A stretch of 64,000 nt of DNA, taken from NCBI RefSeq assembly GCF_006345805.1, contig NC_042998.1, forward strand, positions 155,806,001 to 155,870,000, given 5' to 3'. The DNA is from Octopus sinensis (lineage: Eukaryota). Positions 47,791 to 61,470 of this stretch are shown here, piece by piece; within the stretch, counting starts at the first letter, position 1, and each line of letters starts with the position of its first letter. Made by a program: the position numbers and the translations under genes. The notes beneath the pieces were generated by a model. The model was given only the letters and a program-made list of their open reading frames with translations. It was not told where the DNA came from and did not search any database.

Positions 47791-49647
47791 CATTCATACA
47801 TACATGCATGCATACATACATACATACGTACGTAGATACACACACACACCATCCATCCATCCATCCATCCATACATACATACATACATACATACATACAT
47901 ACATACATACATACATACATACATACATACATACATACATGCATGCATACATACATACGATGGTAGTACTGTGGTTACGTGAGCTAATAGACTTTTTGAA
48001 ATCTTGGGGTCAGTGGGAAAATACATTTAAATAGAAATAGCAGTTGATATCTAGAAGGTTTGGGGATTTTTCTGAAGAGACTTACTATAGTGAACCTAAC
48101 TAAAATGTTGCTTCACCAGCATTCATGCACAGCGCTTGATTTATTTTTCTGGGAATGATCGATAAAATAAATACAACGAAGTCAATAAAATCCGTATAAT
48201 CAGACTGGAGTCGATTGAGAGACTACTCACTTACAAGAATTAACTTTCAGATGGCGATAACCTAGTTGACATCTTCAATGTTTTCCAATTTTTAATTACG
48301 TTATGTTTCAAGAGATGCGTGAATTTGTGACATTCAATTCAGCTACATTAATGGGGGGAAAAAAATACTGATAATCTTGTCTATTGATTCATCTTGTTAT
48401 TATGATTATTAATTAAAAAAAAAATTCTGGTGATCGTGGGTGTGTATGTGTGTGTGAAGACAGTACAGTCAAGTGGTCATGTGATGATGATGATGATGAT
48501 AATGATGGCGGTGGTAGTGGTGATAATAATAATGATGATGGCTAAACATACGCGCGCTTTCGCCACCACTAGGAAACCATTGAATGATTAATTACTATAT
48601 ATGTAGATTTCAAAATGTATCTTTAAAAAGAAATAAGGCCTAATAAATAACAAGATGTTACATGTTTCGTTCGACTATCACAGTTGGAAAACATTCGTGA
48701 AAATGAAAATAAAAAACGAAAACAAAAACACATATGCATGTGAAATTATTAGGCTGCCATTTCTTCCTCGACTGAAGAAAGCAACAAGTCGTTTGACTTT
48801 CGAGCACAGTTGAGCATGCGTAGCAAACTTTCGAGAAAGTACCTCCTACAAAAACGACGAAGCTTCGTAGTTTTCTCTCAGTGAAGGAATTCCAATACCT
48901 AATATGGTAATTGACGTCAAAAGAAAGGAAGTTCCTTGCCAAAATAAAATAACGTCACAGCGTGGGTGTCCGCTATTCCAATGACAAAACGAAAAGGTCT
49001 ATTCCATATTAGTGTGACGTCAGAAAATTCATAATTTTGTTGCTACTCTCTCTCTATTCTAAGCGAATCTCATACCACTTCTTCACATCTCATCCTACCT
49101 TCATCCATCCATCCACCATCGACTGTCACAGCAGGCTACACGTGACAGTTAAACAGTAGCTCGAGAAATACAAAACACGAAGGGAGAATTCGAAGTAATG
49201 AGGCTAGTGAGTGATGGAAAGAGGAAGGAGAGAATGAGAGGAGACGTGTGTATATGTATTTCTCATATAAAGTGTATGTATATACGCACACACACACATA
49301 TACACTGTGAAAGGTAGATAGATAGATTGATAGATACAGAGAGAGAGAGGGAGGAGAGGGGGGTGACTTTAAAATATAGTTTTTTGTATACAATCGATGT
49401 AATTTTTAATTCAGAAAAAAATTTGTAGCGAAATGCGCTAAATTAAAAGTAATGTAAAATATAGACCTACGTGCATGACTCTATAGGGTGTGTGTGTGTG
49501 TGTGTGTGCACATCATTTATATTTTATCTTTTCTTGTTTCAGCCATTAGAATGCGGCTGTGCTGGTGCACCGCATTGCAGGGTTCAGACGATCGACTCCA
49601 GAAATTTATTTATACAAACCAACTCCAGTTGCCAAGCCATGGTAGCC

Positions 49648-49733
<86 letters not shown>

Positions 49734-49951
49734 GACACACAAACACATACACACACACGTACTGGTACTTACATGACAAGCTTCTTTCAGTTTTCATGTA
49801 CGAAATACGCTCACAAGACTTTAGTCGGTCCGGCACTATAGTATAAGACACTTGCTTCAGGTGCCGCGCAGTGAAACTGAACCCAAGACCATATACTTGG
49901 AAAGCAAGCTTCTTCATCACTCGGCGACGCTTGCGCCTGCCTAACTGTATA

Positions 49952-50275
49952 TCTTTATATATATAAAACTGAGAATGTGTGTCTGTCTGTCTGTCTGTCT
50001 TTCAAAATATTCGTGGCGGTCTATAAGGGACGACCCTCTGTTTGTCATACCTAGTAATAGTAAAGTTATCCTAAAGAGAACGCGTAAAAAAAATTAGAAA
50101 ATTCTTCCGTAATTTTAACTACGCCCTTACATGATTTAACCTAAATTCTGAACATTATTCCTCCCCGCCTCTCTTAGAATCTTAATCTTTAACAGGGGTA
50201 TGCTGCCCTCATATCTCTACTTAATTACCTCTATTTCCTTTGACTCAAATTCTAGCTATTCATCTCTCTAACTCC
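49952..50275 (+). mobile_element. 5' end of a second Helitron-like element
   Basis: A|TCTTTATATATATAAAACTGAGAATG followed by (TCTG)n, the same 5' pattern as at 22280. Cut off by the LTR at 50276. Confidence 0.6.
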
Positions 50276-50831
50276 AACGGGAACTCGTTGCTTCTTTACA
50301 CTTTTGGGGTGCAACTTGGGTGCAACACAATTTCCTTTCTTTTTGTTTCTAGAAACTACCAGTCAGGAACTAAAAGCAAGTTTAGAAATATATAATTCTT
50401 TATTCTCTTATACAAAAATGAAACACGATGGTATACTGGTATCCATTCTTACAACAATTCAGCAGCAATAGATAGGTTAAATCCCAAGCGTCTGGGACAG
50501 GAGAATAGGTTGATCACACGTATGAAAATACATCCTTTCTCTTCGATCGCTGTGCCTCAAGTCTTAGCGTCCAGAGACAGCGGAGAAAAATTGGTCTGCA
50601 ACAATCTCGTATGAAAGGCGTTCTGCTACTGCCTGTCTCTCTGTACCCCTTTGTTAAGGGAACCTCCCTCGCCTATCAACTAATGCCACATCAGCATTTC
50701 CTTCTTCAGTGCTTCGCGCATGCGCGAGAGGGCACTTCCCTTCTGCCTTTCCAGAAGGCTCCAAACCCGCACACGCACACTGAAGAGGACGTTGCGCGCG
50801 CGCACTGTTGTATAACGTCACTACAAAAGCT

Positions 50832-51996
50832 GGATCTTTTCTATTTTGAGGCCAGTTTTTTCAAATTTTTCCTACTGAACCAAACAATTTGAAACTTCGT
50901 ATACTGGTAGAATGTGTCAAAAGTAAACTTAATTGTAAACCAGAATGAAAACGGAATTGTAACTTCTAAGTTTAACGTTGTTTAATAATTAGAATTTTAA
51001 CCAATGATATTCCGTCATTCGGCTTTATTTTATTTACTCCGTCTCGACCACCAATTTCGTGACGTATTTAACATCTTAAATGTAAACAAGTCAGCCACCT
51101 TCTAATAACAATATTTAAAACTAGTTAATAAGCCACATGTATTAAATTGAAAATGTTTCCATTCTGTATGTCTGCATGTATGTGTGTGTGTATGTATGTG
51201 TAAGTATGTGTGTGTGTGTGTATGTATGTGTGTGTGTGTATGTATGTATAGCCGATTCATCGTAATCGTAATTACGATGAATTGGCCATACATACATAGA
51301 TACATACACACACACACATACATGCAGACATACATATACACATACACCGAGTAAAAAATTTCAGTTATCTCTCTCTTTCACACATTACTCTCTCTGCCTC
51401 TTCACACACACTAACAGAAGCACTTCACTTACACAACATACTGTCTCCCACACCCCATCAAACACACACACACACATGTACATCAATGCTTCCCCTAGAC
51501 GGTAACTTCAAAGACAAACTTCCCTCGTCATAAAATCGCTTCCTCTTAGTCTCTTTCGCTCTCATTACTTATGTAAAAAAATAAAAGTTTTTTACGGAAA
51601 TCGACGGAAAACTTGTGCTACGACAAGCGAAACTTCGCCGAAATTTAATATTAAAAAAGCAAAGAGCTGGCAGAAACGTTAGCACGCCGGGCGAAATGCG
51701 TAGCCGTATTTCGTCTGCCGTGTTTGTTTACAGTTTTCCGAACGTTAGTACGTCACAAAAGCGCTTTCTACGTCACACTAATAGAATGCAGTCAAGTTTT
51801 ACACATGAAAACAAACAATCTGATTGGTTAAAATTCGCAGTTTTAATCTACGATTAAAGTCATAAAATAGATTTTTCTCAAATAAACTAGTTCCAACCTG
51901 TGTCTTGTTTTGCTAGACTCTATCAGCATACGAAGTTTCAGATTATTTAGTTAAGTAGAAAGATCTGTGGTCCTGGCTTCAGAATAGAAAAGATCC
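50832..51996. mobile_element. Merlin-like non-autonomous element (1165 bp) inserted at the PPT/3' LTR junction
   Basis: TIR GGATCTTTTCTATT(T/C)TGA(G/A)GCCAG, 8-bp TSD CAAAAGCT (50824-50831 and 51997-52004), same subterminal AAACTTCGTAT.CTG motif as 42163-42863. Confidence 0.9.
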
Positions 51997-52212
51997 CAAA
52001 AGCTCCCCCTCGAGTGCGTAAGCACGAAACAAAATTCCTTGTAGTGACTTTAAAACTCAAGGTGGATACCAGATAACCAAAATAGCACACAATATAACAA
52101 ATCAAGGCAGAATTTACAATATAAACAAGAATGCACCGAAAGGAAAAAGGAGAAAAAAAATACTCAAATGAACAAAGTTCAATAAGTATTGTAACTGTCA
52201 CAATTGAGAATG

Positions 52213-55200
52213 TCAAATATAAATAGTTTTTGAAAGTTTTTTCGGCCAGTGAACAGTTCTGCCTGACATCGTAACATAAGGTTTGTTCGAGGCAGGCTGC
52301 GACGACGAAGGTGGTGTTGCCGATGGTGGTGTTGATAAAGGTGCATGTGTAAATGGTGGTGTTGTCAAAGGTGCATGTGTGAATGGTGGTGTTGTCAAAG
52401 GTGCATGTGAAGGTTCAACGATGGTTGTGGCAGTGGGGTCATCAAAAGATGTGGACACCTCAAAATCTACGGAGACGGTCTCCGAACGACCGTTAATTTC
52501 AAGTTTGAATACCTTCGGCGTGCGAGAAATCACACGAAAAGGTCCTTTATAAGGAGAAACAAGAGGTCCTTTGACAGAATCATCACGAATAAAAACATGC
52601 GTCCAAGAATCAAGATCTGATGGCACATTAGAAGGAGGATTTTGGTGTCGAGGGTCCATAGGAGGAAGGGCAGAAAAATATCTGCGTAGTCGAGCAACAT
52701 AAGACTCCAAATTAAGAGACTGTGACTTGTTTGGCACCAACATCGTACCAGGCAATGCCAGTGTGGTACCATACAAGAGCTCAGCAGACGAAAAACCAAG
52801 GTCTGCTTTAATCGCAGTCCGACATCCAAGCAGGACGATAGGTAGAAATTCAGTCCACGACTGTGGATTCGGCGAGGCACGCAACGCGGCCTTAAGTTGC
52901 CTGTGGAAACGCTCCACCATCCCATTAGAAGCGGGGTGGTAACTAGTGGTGCGTATATGATGCATCCCCAGGATTCGTGATAACTCACGAAACAAGGCAG
53001 ACTCGAATTGTCGACCACGATCTGTGGTTAAACTGGACGGTACACCATACCTAGAAATCCAATTAGACACGAAAGCTTTCGCAACAGTTTCAGCAGAAAT
53101 GTCTGCTATAGGAATAGATTCCGGCCAACGTGAAAAGCGATCAATACAAGTTAAAATGTATGAGAACCCGCGACTCACAGGCCATGGTCCAACCAAATCA
53201 AGGTGGACATGGCGAAAACGGGCTTCAGGAGAAGAAAACTGTCCAAGTGGAGCACGAACGTGTCTATGGACTTTAGCACTCTGGCACCTCAAACAAGAGC
53301 ATGCCCAAGAGGTAATTGATCGTCACATATTGGGCCAGAAGAACCGAGCAGTAACAAGCTTTACTGTGGCAGAGATACCTGGATGTGACAGTGAATGAAG
53401 AGCATCAAACACAGAACGTTGATGTTTCTCAGGTACTAATGGTCTAGGTGAACCGGTAGAGACGTCACAAAGAATAGAGCCTTCTGCTGAAGGGAGCGGT
53501 CGGTAGGCAAACTTACAGTTAATAAACTTAGGCGAAGTTAAATCCAACTCCTCTAAAGGTGGTTGATACTGCGAAATAGCAGTTAAGTCAATTGCTGCAG
53601 GAGAGGAAATGGAATTGACAGGGAGTCTAGAGAGAGCATCAGCAGGGACGTTCTCCTTCCCTGGCACATGCCTAATATCACTTGTAAATTGAGAAATATA
53701 GTCCAGGTGACGGAAAGCACGAGGAGAGAGTTTATCCGTTTTAGAAGATAGTGCAAAGGTAAGGGGCTTGTGATCAGTATAAATCACAAACTCTCGTCCC
53801 TCGAGCTGGTGCTGAAAATGCCGAACTGACAGATAGATCGCTAGTAACTCTCGATCAAAAGTACTATATCTGCGTTCAGCTGGCTTTAGCTGGCAAGAAA
53901 AGAAAGCCAAAGGTTTAACTTCACCCTCTACGGTGTGCTGCAAGACAGCGCCAACTGCAGAATCTGATGCGTCCACAGATAAAGTAAGTGGGGCATCAGG
54001 AGCCGGATGTGCCAAAACAGGGACTGAAGCTAGTTCCTTTTTAACTAACTCAAAGGCAGACAGTGCTTCAGCTGAAAGAGTACGATGGGCGTCCTTTTTA
54101 GAATTGCCCTTTAGCATCTGCGTTAAAGGAAACAACTTGTCCGCACACCGATCTATGAAACGTCGATAGAAATTAACTATACCCCAAAAATGGCGAAGTT
54201 GACGCAAAGAAGAAGGTGGTGCGATGCGCTGAATAACATCGACTTTAGACGAGAGAGGTTTGATTCCTCTCGAATCAATATAATGACCGAGAAAATTAAG
54301 AGATGGTTGCCCCAAAACACACTTGTCTGGATTAATGCGAACACCATAGTCGCGAAGACGCTGAAAAAGCTGAGACAAGTGCAGGAGATGATTCTCATGC
54401 GTATCACTTGCGATGAGAATATCATCGACATACGCGAAAACAAAATCAAGTCCACGAACAACTTCATCTATAAAACGTTGGAACGTACTAGTAGCGTTCC
54501 TCAAACCAAAATTCATATACAAAAATTCGAAACAGCCAAAAGGAGTGGTAATTGCCGTTTTAGGAACATCGTCTGGGTTGACCGGTATTTGATGATAAGC
54601 ACGTATGAGGTCAACCTTAGAAAAAATGGTACAGCCATGAAGATTTGCTGAAAAGTCGTTGAGATTCCTAATTGAATATCTGTCCGGAATCGTCACAGAA
54701 TTTAGACGCCAATAATCTCCCACCGGGCGAAAATCTGTATCCCCTTTTCGAACTAAATGAAGGGGTGATGCCCATGGACTGGTGGATGAGCGTATCAGAC
54801 CGAGCTGGAGCATATGCTCAAACTCAGCCTTAGCAGTTTTAAGTCGGTCAGGTGCAAGACGCCGTGGTCGCGAAAAAACAGGCGGTCCAGTTGTTGTAAT
54901 AAAATGGAGTGTCGAGTGTAATGGCTTTGCCACTTTAAAGGTAACATCAAGTAGCTCTGGAAAAGAGGCCAAAAGAGAGTGAAAAACGTCTCCAGATGCA
55001 GAAACAAAAAAATGTCGGGCTAAGAGCTGAATCGGTAGATTCTCTGGTCGGCGTGGAGAGTGTAGTCGAAGTATCGACTAGCCTCCGACGTCTGACATCT
55101 ACCAATAAATCAAAATTACTTAGAAAATCCGCACCTAAAATAGGATGCTGAATGTCAGCAATGATAAAAACCCATTGAAAATCTCGACGAAGATTAATGT

Positions 55201-55438
55201 CAAGGCGTAAAGAGATCTGAACGAATGTGGCTATTGGTGACGAATCAATAGCGTGCAATGTAACGTTAGATCGTTTTGGCCTGTCGGTTGTGAGACGCAA
55301 AGGCCAAATGCTGCAACAAGGACCAGTGTCCACCATGAAGTTTTTCTTCGACACTTGATCCTTGACGAAAAATGCACGATAACTAGAAAATGATGTGGAG
55401 GAAGTTGACGTGCTCAAATTCTCCGAAGCTAGTTTAAA
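52213..55438 (-). pseudogene. pol: pol (PR, RT, RNase H, integrase); one frameshift near 55000 and an in-frame TGA at 53323
   Basis: FMVDTG, SPWASPLHLV, VDLIRAYHQ, YVDD, VDAS, TDH, HSLSH..CLRC, LDLVG, TDRG, MVER. 30-bp repeats encode [10 protein letters not shown] near the C-terminus. Confidence 0.95.
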
Positions 55439-56113
55439 GGTTTATAGGTACATGGCTGTATGCACTTATGTGCTTTCTCTCCATAATTGGAGTGATACCA
55501 ACACAGTCCGGACTTTGACTGTGTGGAACGTGACGATGAACGGCTGCGACTCCGCGATCTTGAAAATCGCTTGCCATCGCGACACATCGCGTCCATCCTT
55601 TTGGTGAGACTTTCTATTTGTTTAGAAAGTCCCTCAATCGAGGCTGAGGAAGCTTGTGAGCAGACACAAACAGACCGTGACGATGGTTGAACGGCAAATT
55701 CAACCATTTTATCAGCCATTGTTGCTATCTGGTCCACGGTATTTGACTCTAAAGCGGTTGCCAAAACAGTCTGTATATAGGCGGGCAACCTTGAAAAAAA
55801 AATTTTCCGAAGGAGAGGAGCGTCTGCAGCTTTACCGCTCAACTTTCTTAGTCTTCGCAAAAATTCAGAAGGAGTCCTCCTCGCTTCTAGTGTTTCTCTT
55901 TTCCACTTCTAATTTAACAGACGCATAAGTGGCGTCTGGGCCAGGATCTGTAATAAGATCTCTGGCTGTAGATGCAAGTTGAGGAGGCATACAACCATAC
56001 AGGATTTGCAACTGCTGCTGGGGAGAAACATTATGTGCACAAAATTGTGCCTCTAGCTGTGCAAACCACAGTGTGGCATCACCTGTGAAAGTAGGTAATG
56101 AATTTAGAGACAT
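55429..56113 (-). pseudogene. gag: gag with the CsRn1-type CHCC motif, one frameshift near 55863
   Basis: LPTFTGDATLWFAQLEAQF; CWYHSNYGEKAHKCIQPC (CX2HX9CX3C). Confidence 0.92.
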
Positions 56114-56580
56114 TTTGTAGTTTTTAACTTTTAGATGACTCTGTCAAATGGAAAGGTAAACTGACAACGAATCAACGGTGAACAGACGCAACAAGGAAAA
56201 GGGAAAAAGAAAGACCAGCAATTGAACCAATAAAATTCTTTATATGTGCAATTTACAAAAAAAATTGTGTTTTTTTTTTTTTGTTTTGTACTGTGTGCAC
56301 AGAGAATAAAAAATTCTTTTTTTTTATTTTACCAACCTTCGTCGCGTCTAAAACAAATTTTTTTAAATGTATTTTAAACTGTCTCTTCTTAAGTTTGACT
56401 GCCTGTTATGCTTGGTCACGGATCGCACTAACAGATTAAGTCAAACTTTTTTTTTCTCTCGTCGACGATGAAATTGCTGAAACTGCTTGAGACGACTGGA
56501 GACAAACTGTTGAAAGATAATGACTGCGGCGGGTTGATTGGTTCAGACTAGGTAGAATCTAGATTTCAGTTAAATGTTCT

Positions 56581-56598
56581 ATCACGTCGGGGTCACCA
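56581..56598 (-). promoter_or_regulatory. 18-nt PBS for tRNA-Trp
   Basis: TGGTGACCCCGACGTGAT is complementary to ...ATCACGTCGGGGTCACCA, 1 nt from the LTR. Confidence 0.92.
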
Positions 56599-57839
56599 CT
56601 GTAACGGGAACTCGTTGCTTCTTTACACTTTTGGAGTGCAACTTGGGTGCAACACAATTTCCTTTCTTTTTGTTTCTAGAAACTATCAGTCAGGAACGAA
56701 AAGCAAGTTTAGAAATATATAATTCTTTATTCTCTTATACAAAAATGAAACACGATGGTATACTGGTATCCATTCTTACAACAATTCAGCAGCAATAGAT
56801 AGGTTAAATCCCAAGCGTCTGGGATAGGAGAATAGGTTGATCACACGTATGAAAATACATCCTTTCTCTTCGATCGCTGTGCCTCAAGTCTTAGCGTCCA
56901 GAGACAGCGGAGAAAAATTGGTCTGCAACAATCTCGTATGAAAGGCGTTCTGCTACTGCCTGTCTCTCTGTACCCCTTTGTTAAGGGAACCTCCCTCGCC
57001 TATCAACTAATGCCACATCAGCATTTCCTTCTTCAGTGCTTCGCGCATGCGCGAGAGGGCACTTCCCTTCTGCCTTTCCAGAAGGCTCCAAACCCGCACA
57101 CGCACACTGAAGAGGACGTTGCGCGCGCGCACTGTTGTATAACGTCACTACATATGTATTACTACCTACACTTCATCTTTAGTCGTTGATTACGAACCAC
57201 TTAATTGTCACAAACTTACATCCTGACAGGCCACTAGCCAGGCTGGTGGCCATAAATCTCATCTCTACCCAACTCATTATATTCCTTATACACTTCCATT
57301 TCTGCTTTCTTCCATTCAAGGCCAGCTTCGCCGCATGGATTGTTCTTCTATTGTTTTGAAATTATATGAGACATCTGATGAATATGTTTTTTTAAAAAAC
57401 TTATGTAATGTAATCAACTCATCAAATAAAAAATACGTAAGAAACGGCTGTAATGAACTGACATTTATCCATCCTCTATTATTTTTTCTTTGCTAATAAT
57501 ATACCAAAAGACCCGTCGAACTTCCTACAGTATACCTATTTCTTTACTACCCACAAGGGGCTAAACACAGAGAGGACAAACAGACGGATTAAGTCGATTA
57601 TATCGACCCCAGTGCGAAACTGGTACTTTATTTATCGATCCCGAAAGGATGAAAGGCAAAGTCGACCTCGGCGGAATTTGAACTCAGAACGTAGCGACAG
57701 ACTAAAACTGCTGAGCATTTCGCCCGGCGTGCTAACGTTTCTGCCAACTCGGTTCTTGACTGAAGATTAGAGGCTTCGAATGACCCGTCCGTTTTTTGTA
57801 TCGTCTACTTGAATGTTTTGCGTTCTTGTCCCATTTTGT

Positions 57840-57910
<71 letters not shown>

Positions 57911-57914
<4 letters not shown>

Positions 57915-60858
57915 TGATTGATTGATTGATTCTAGTTTCAGCTCATGAGCTGTGGCCATGCTGGGGCACCGCCATTTGGTGTTGCTACATGGTTTTACTT
58001 CACGAAAGCTTTTTAGCAACTGCCATTTGGTGCATGAGAGAGTTCGATGCAGCTGCCCTCATCTGCACCTCCTGCCGTGAAGTTGGTTCATCTGGGACAC
58101 CTGACAGGAAGAGATCCAGTTTCATTTTAAAGACATCTGCATCCACCCCATGCAGGTCTCTCAGGTTCTTCGGGAGGATATTGAAAAGCTGTGGGCCTCA
58201 GAAGCCCAGGCTATCACAGTATCTTGTCCTACATCTTGATGGCAAATTCGGAGTCCTAGGCACCACGCAGTGGCGTCCAGTTCTTTCATTTGTGTAACTC
58301 TCGATGCCAAAGTTTGGGACACGTCCCTCCAGGATCTTCCAGATGTATATTATGGCATATCTCTCCCGCCTACGCTCCAAGGAATATAGTTTTAATCTCT
58401 TGAGTCTTTCCCAGTAGCTTACATTCTGCATAGAGGCTATCTTCTTCGTGTAGTTATGTTGGATCGCCTCGAGTTCCGTGATCAACTTGACACTGGATGG
58501 TGACCATAGCTGAGAGCAATAGTCAAAGTGGCTTAGGACAAGTGTCTTCCAGAGGACCATCATGGTTTCTTGTTCTCTTGTTCTAAAGGTTCTAAGAATC
58601 CATCCGGCCAGTCGTCTACACCTCATTGCCAATTTAGCAACATGTACACGAAAGGTTGTGTCATCACTCATGTAAATACCCAGGTCACGCACTGATTGTG
58701 CCTCTGGGATTGCTATTCCTCCGGGTCCAGTGTATTCATTGGGTATTGCATTTAGTTTTGCATGCTGATAGTATAAAGCTTGAAACTTTTCAGCATTGAA
58801 CTGCATGCTATTCTTTTCAGCCCACTTGTATATTTTGTCCAGCTCACATTGCAGGCGTTTAGTGTCCTCAGGGTTCTGTATTGCCTGTGAAACTTTTGTA
58901 TCATCTGCATAACTTGTGATCGTGGCTCTCTGCGTGGCTGAGGGCATGTCTGAGAGGGCCATTATGAACAGTAGTGGTCCCAAAACAGTGCCCTGCGGAA
59001 CACCGCTCACTATTTGCGTGTTAATGGAAGTGGCCCCATTGGCTACTACCACCTGACTTCTATCTTTCAGAAAGTCATGAAGCCATTCTCCCAGTTTTCC
59101 AACAATGTTGAGATCACGCAGTTTGTGACATATCATTCCGTGATCGACTTTATCAAAGGCCTTTGCAAAGTCGAGATATATCACTTCCACATTTGAGTGG
59201 TTGAGCAGCCGTTTCAGCACCCAGTCATAGTGCTGTAGGAGCTGAGTTAAACAGCTTCTCCCTGGTCGGAAACCATGTTGGGTGTCGGGCAGCAAGTCAT
59301 TTTCTTCAAGGAAGGTGATCAGTTTCCTTCTGACTATTCGTTCCATGACCTTGCTTATGTGTGAGGTCAGAGAGATAGGTCTGTAGTTCTTGGCCTCCGC
59401 TCTGCTACCTCCTTTATGAATGGGGCATATTTTACCTTCCTTCAGTTTTCTTGGAAGTTTTCCAGCTGCAAGGAAGCTAGGACTCTCTTACATACTTTTA
59501 GGAGGATTGCCGGGAAACCATCGGGGCCAGTAGCTGAGTCTGTTTTCATTTCATCTATAGCCTTTATTACATCGTCTTCCTTTATATCGATGTAATCTAT
59601 CGTCGCCGCCTCTGATTTTATATCTGCAGTGGTAAAGAAGTCAGTTGGATTGGTGATTTGGAGATGCCCAAGGGGTGGAGTGAAAACACTCTTGAATTGC
59701 TCATTCAGTATTTCACTTACCCTCATTGGTTTTCCTGTAAGTGTGCCATCCTTTTCAAGGAGTGGCCCTATCCTACAGTGCACCGTAGCTGTTTCTTTGG
59801 CATACCTGTAGAAGGCTCTGGGGTTAGATTTTATGTTGTCTATAGCCCAGGCTTCTTTGTCTGCTCTTTCCTTTTCATGGGAGAGTTGCAGACATTTTTC
59901 AATTTCCAACAGTTTTATTTTCAGGCGGGACTTTTCACTGCTTTCAATCTGTTTGTTTAGGCGATTTGAAAATTTTGTATGCCGTCTCATTAGAATTTTC
60001 CTCTCTCTGGGGATTTTGTTCTTGTGTACAGTGGCCTTTCTCTCTGGGACACATTTGTAGCATATGGCTTGCATTACAGACATGAATTGTTGAAGTTTCA
60101 CGTCGATGTCTGGCGAGGAGAGACATTTAGGCCAGTTTTGTTTGAGGATCTCTTTCTCAATTTGTTTCCAGTTTGCCTTATGGTAGTTCAAGCTGGAAAG
60201 ATTCTGAGGGTTTCTTGTAGGCTGCATGTCCGTGCTCTCTTTTGGCCCGTACATGGTCAGCTCTACCATGTTGTGATCCGAGAGTAGTGTCGGTGTCACT
60301 TTCACATTATGGATGAGATCCATATTATTTGTGAAGCAGAGATCCAGTGTGTTACCTGCACTGGTTGGTTGGAGTATTACTTGCTCCATGTACAGGGTGT
60401 TGATGAGGTTCAGGAGGGACCTCGCCTGTCCTCGTTCACATCTTGTCATTCCTGGAAGAGAAAGGCCCTCAGGCCATCTGACATTGGGTAGATTGAAGTC
60501 TCCCATGAGAAGTACACTTATGTGTTGTTCTAATGTGATTAGAACTTCTTCTATTTTTATAAGGCAGTCTTCAAACTTGCCTACATGGCTTGGGGTATCT
60601 GGAGGGCGATATGTAGCACACACAACTACATCAAGTTGCCTTATGTGTACAATTAGTGTGTCACACACCGAGTTTGAGTATGACAAAAGGACCTGGGGTG
60701 TGAGGTCCTCACGGATGTACATAGCAACTCCTCCATGACTCCTTTCTTTTCTGTCGGTCCGTAGTACAACATACTGTGGTATGTGTAATTCCGCATCTGC
60801 TATGTCCGGTTTCAGGTGCGTTTCCGTAAGTGCTATGCATAAGGCTTGATTGCATGCG

Positions 60859-60862
<4 letters not shown>
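57911..60862 (-). mobile_element. CR1-type LINE ORF2 (APE plus RT) with 3' UTR and (AATC)n tail, 5'-truncated at a (TA)n tract
   Basis: ALTETHL, GGVAMY, YRPP, MGDFN, LDL, SDH (APE); QHGF, YLDFAKAFDKV, GVPQGTVLGP, YADD, SLERRR (RT). One frameshift near 59480. Confidence 0.95.
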
Positions 60863-60898
<36 letters not shown>

Positions 60899-61125
60899 TT
60901 TTATTCTTTTACTTGTTTCAGCACCGCCTTGAATAAGTCGAATAAGTCGACGCCAGGACTTATTCTTTGTAAGCCTAGGACTTATTCTACCGATTAGTTT
61001 TGCCGATCTGCTCAGTACGGGAACGTAAACACGAACATCGGTTGTCAAGCGGTGATGGGGACAATCACAAACACAAAGACACACACACATAGATACACAC
61101 ACACACACACACACAAACACAAACA

Positions 61126-61242
<117 letters not shown>

Positions 61243-61394
61243 GATAGGTTTCTTTCAGTTTCCTTCTACCAAATTCACTCACGCGGTTTTGGCCAGCTTG
61301 AGGCTATAGTAGAAAACAGTTACCCAAGGTGCCCGGAACCATGTGGTTGGGAAGCAAACGTCTTACCACACAACTGCACCTGCGCACATATGTA

Positions 61395-61470
<76 letters not shown>

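Larger units (their letters stand above)
50276..57152 (-). mobile_element. Near-complete young CsRn1-clade Ty3/Gypsy element
   Basis: LTRs 56600-57152 and 50276-50825 (4 substitutions seen; the left LTR lacks its terminal TGT), tRNA-Trp PBS, CHCC gag, PPT GAGGGGGAGC. Confidence 0.95.

Noticed and set aside
57230-57255. GC hairpin GGCCACTAGCC-A-GGCTGGTGGCC as the 3' end of the Helitron starting at 49952
   Set aside because: It is not followed by CTRR, and no TSD links the two sides of the LTR element.
57370-57420. CTGATGA as a hammerhead core (similar isolated hits near 226, 4912 and 26711)
   Set aside because: No correctly placed GAAA or stems.
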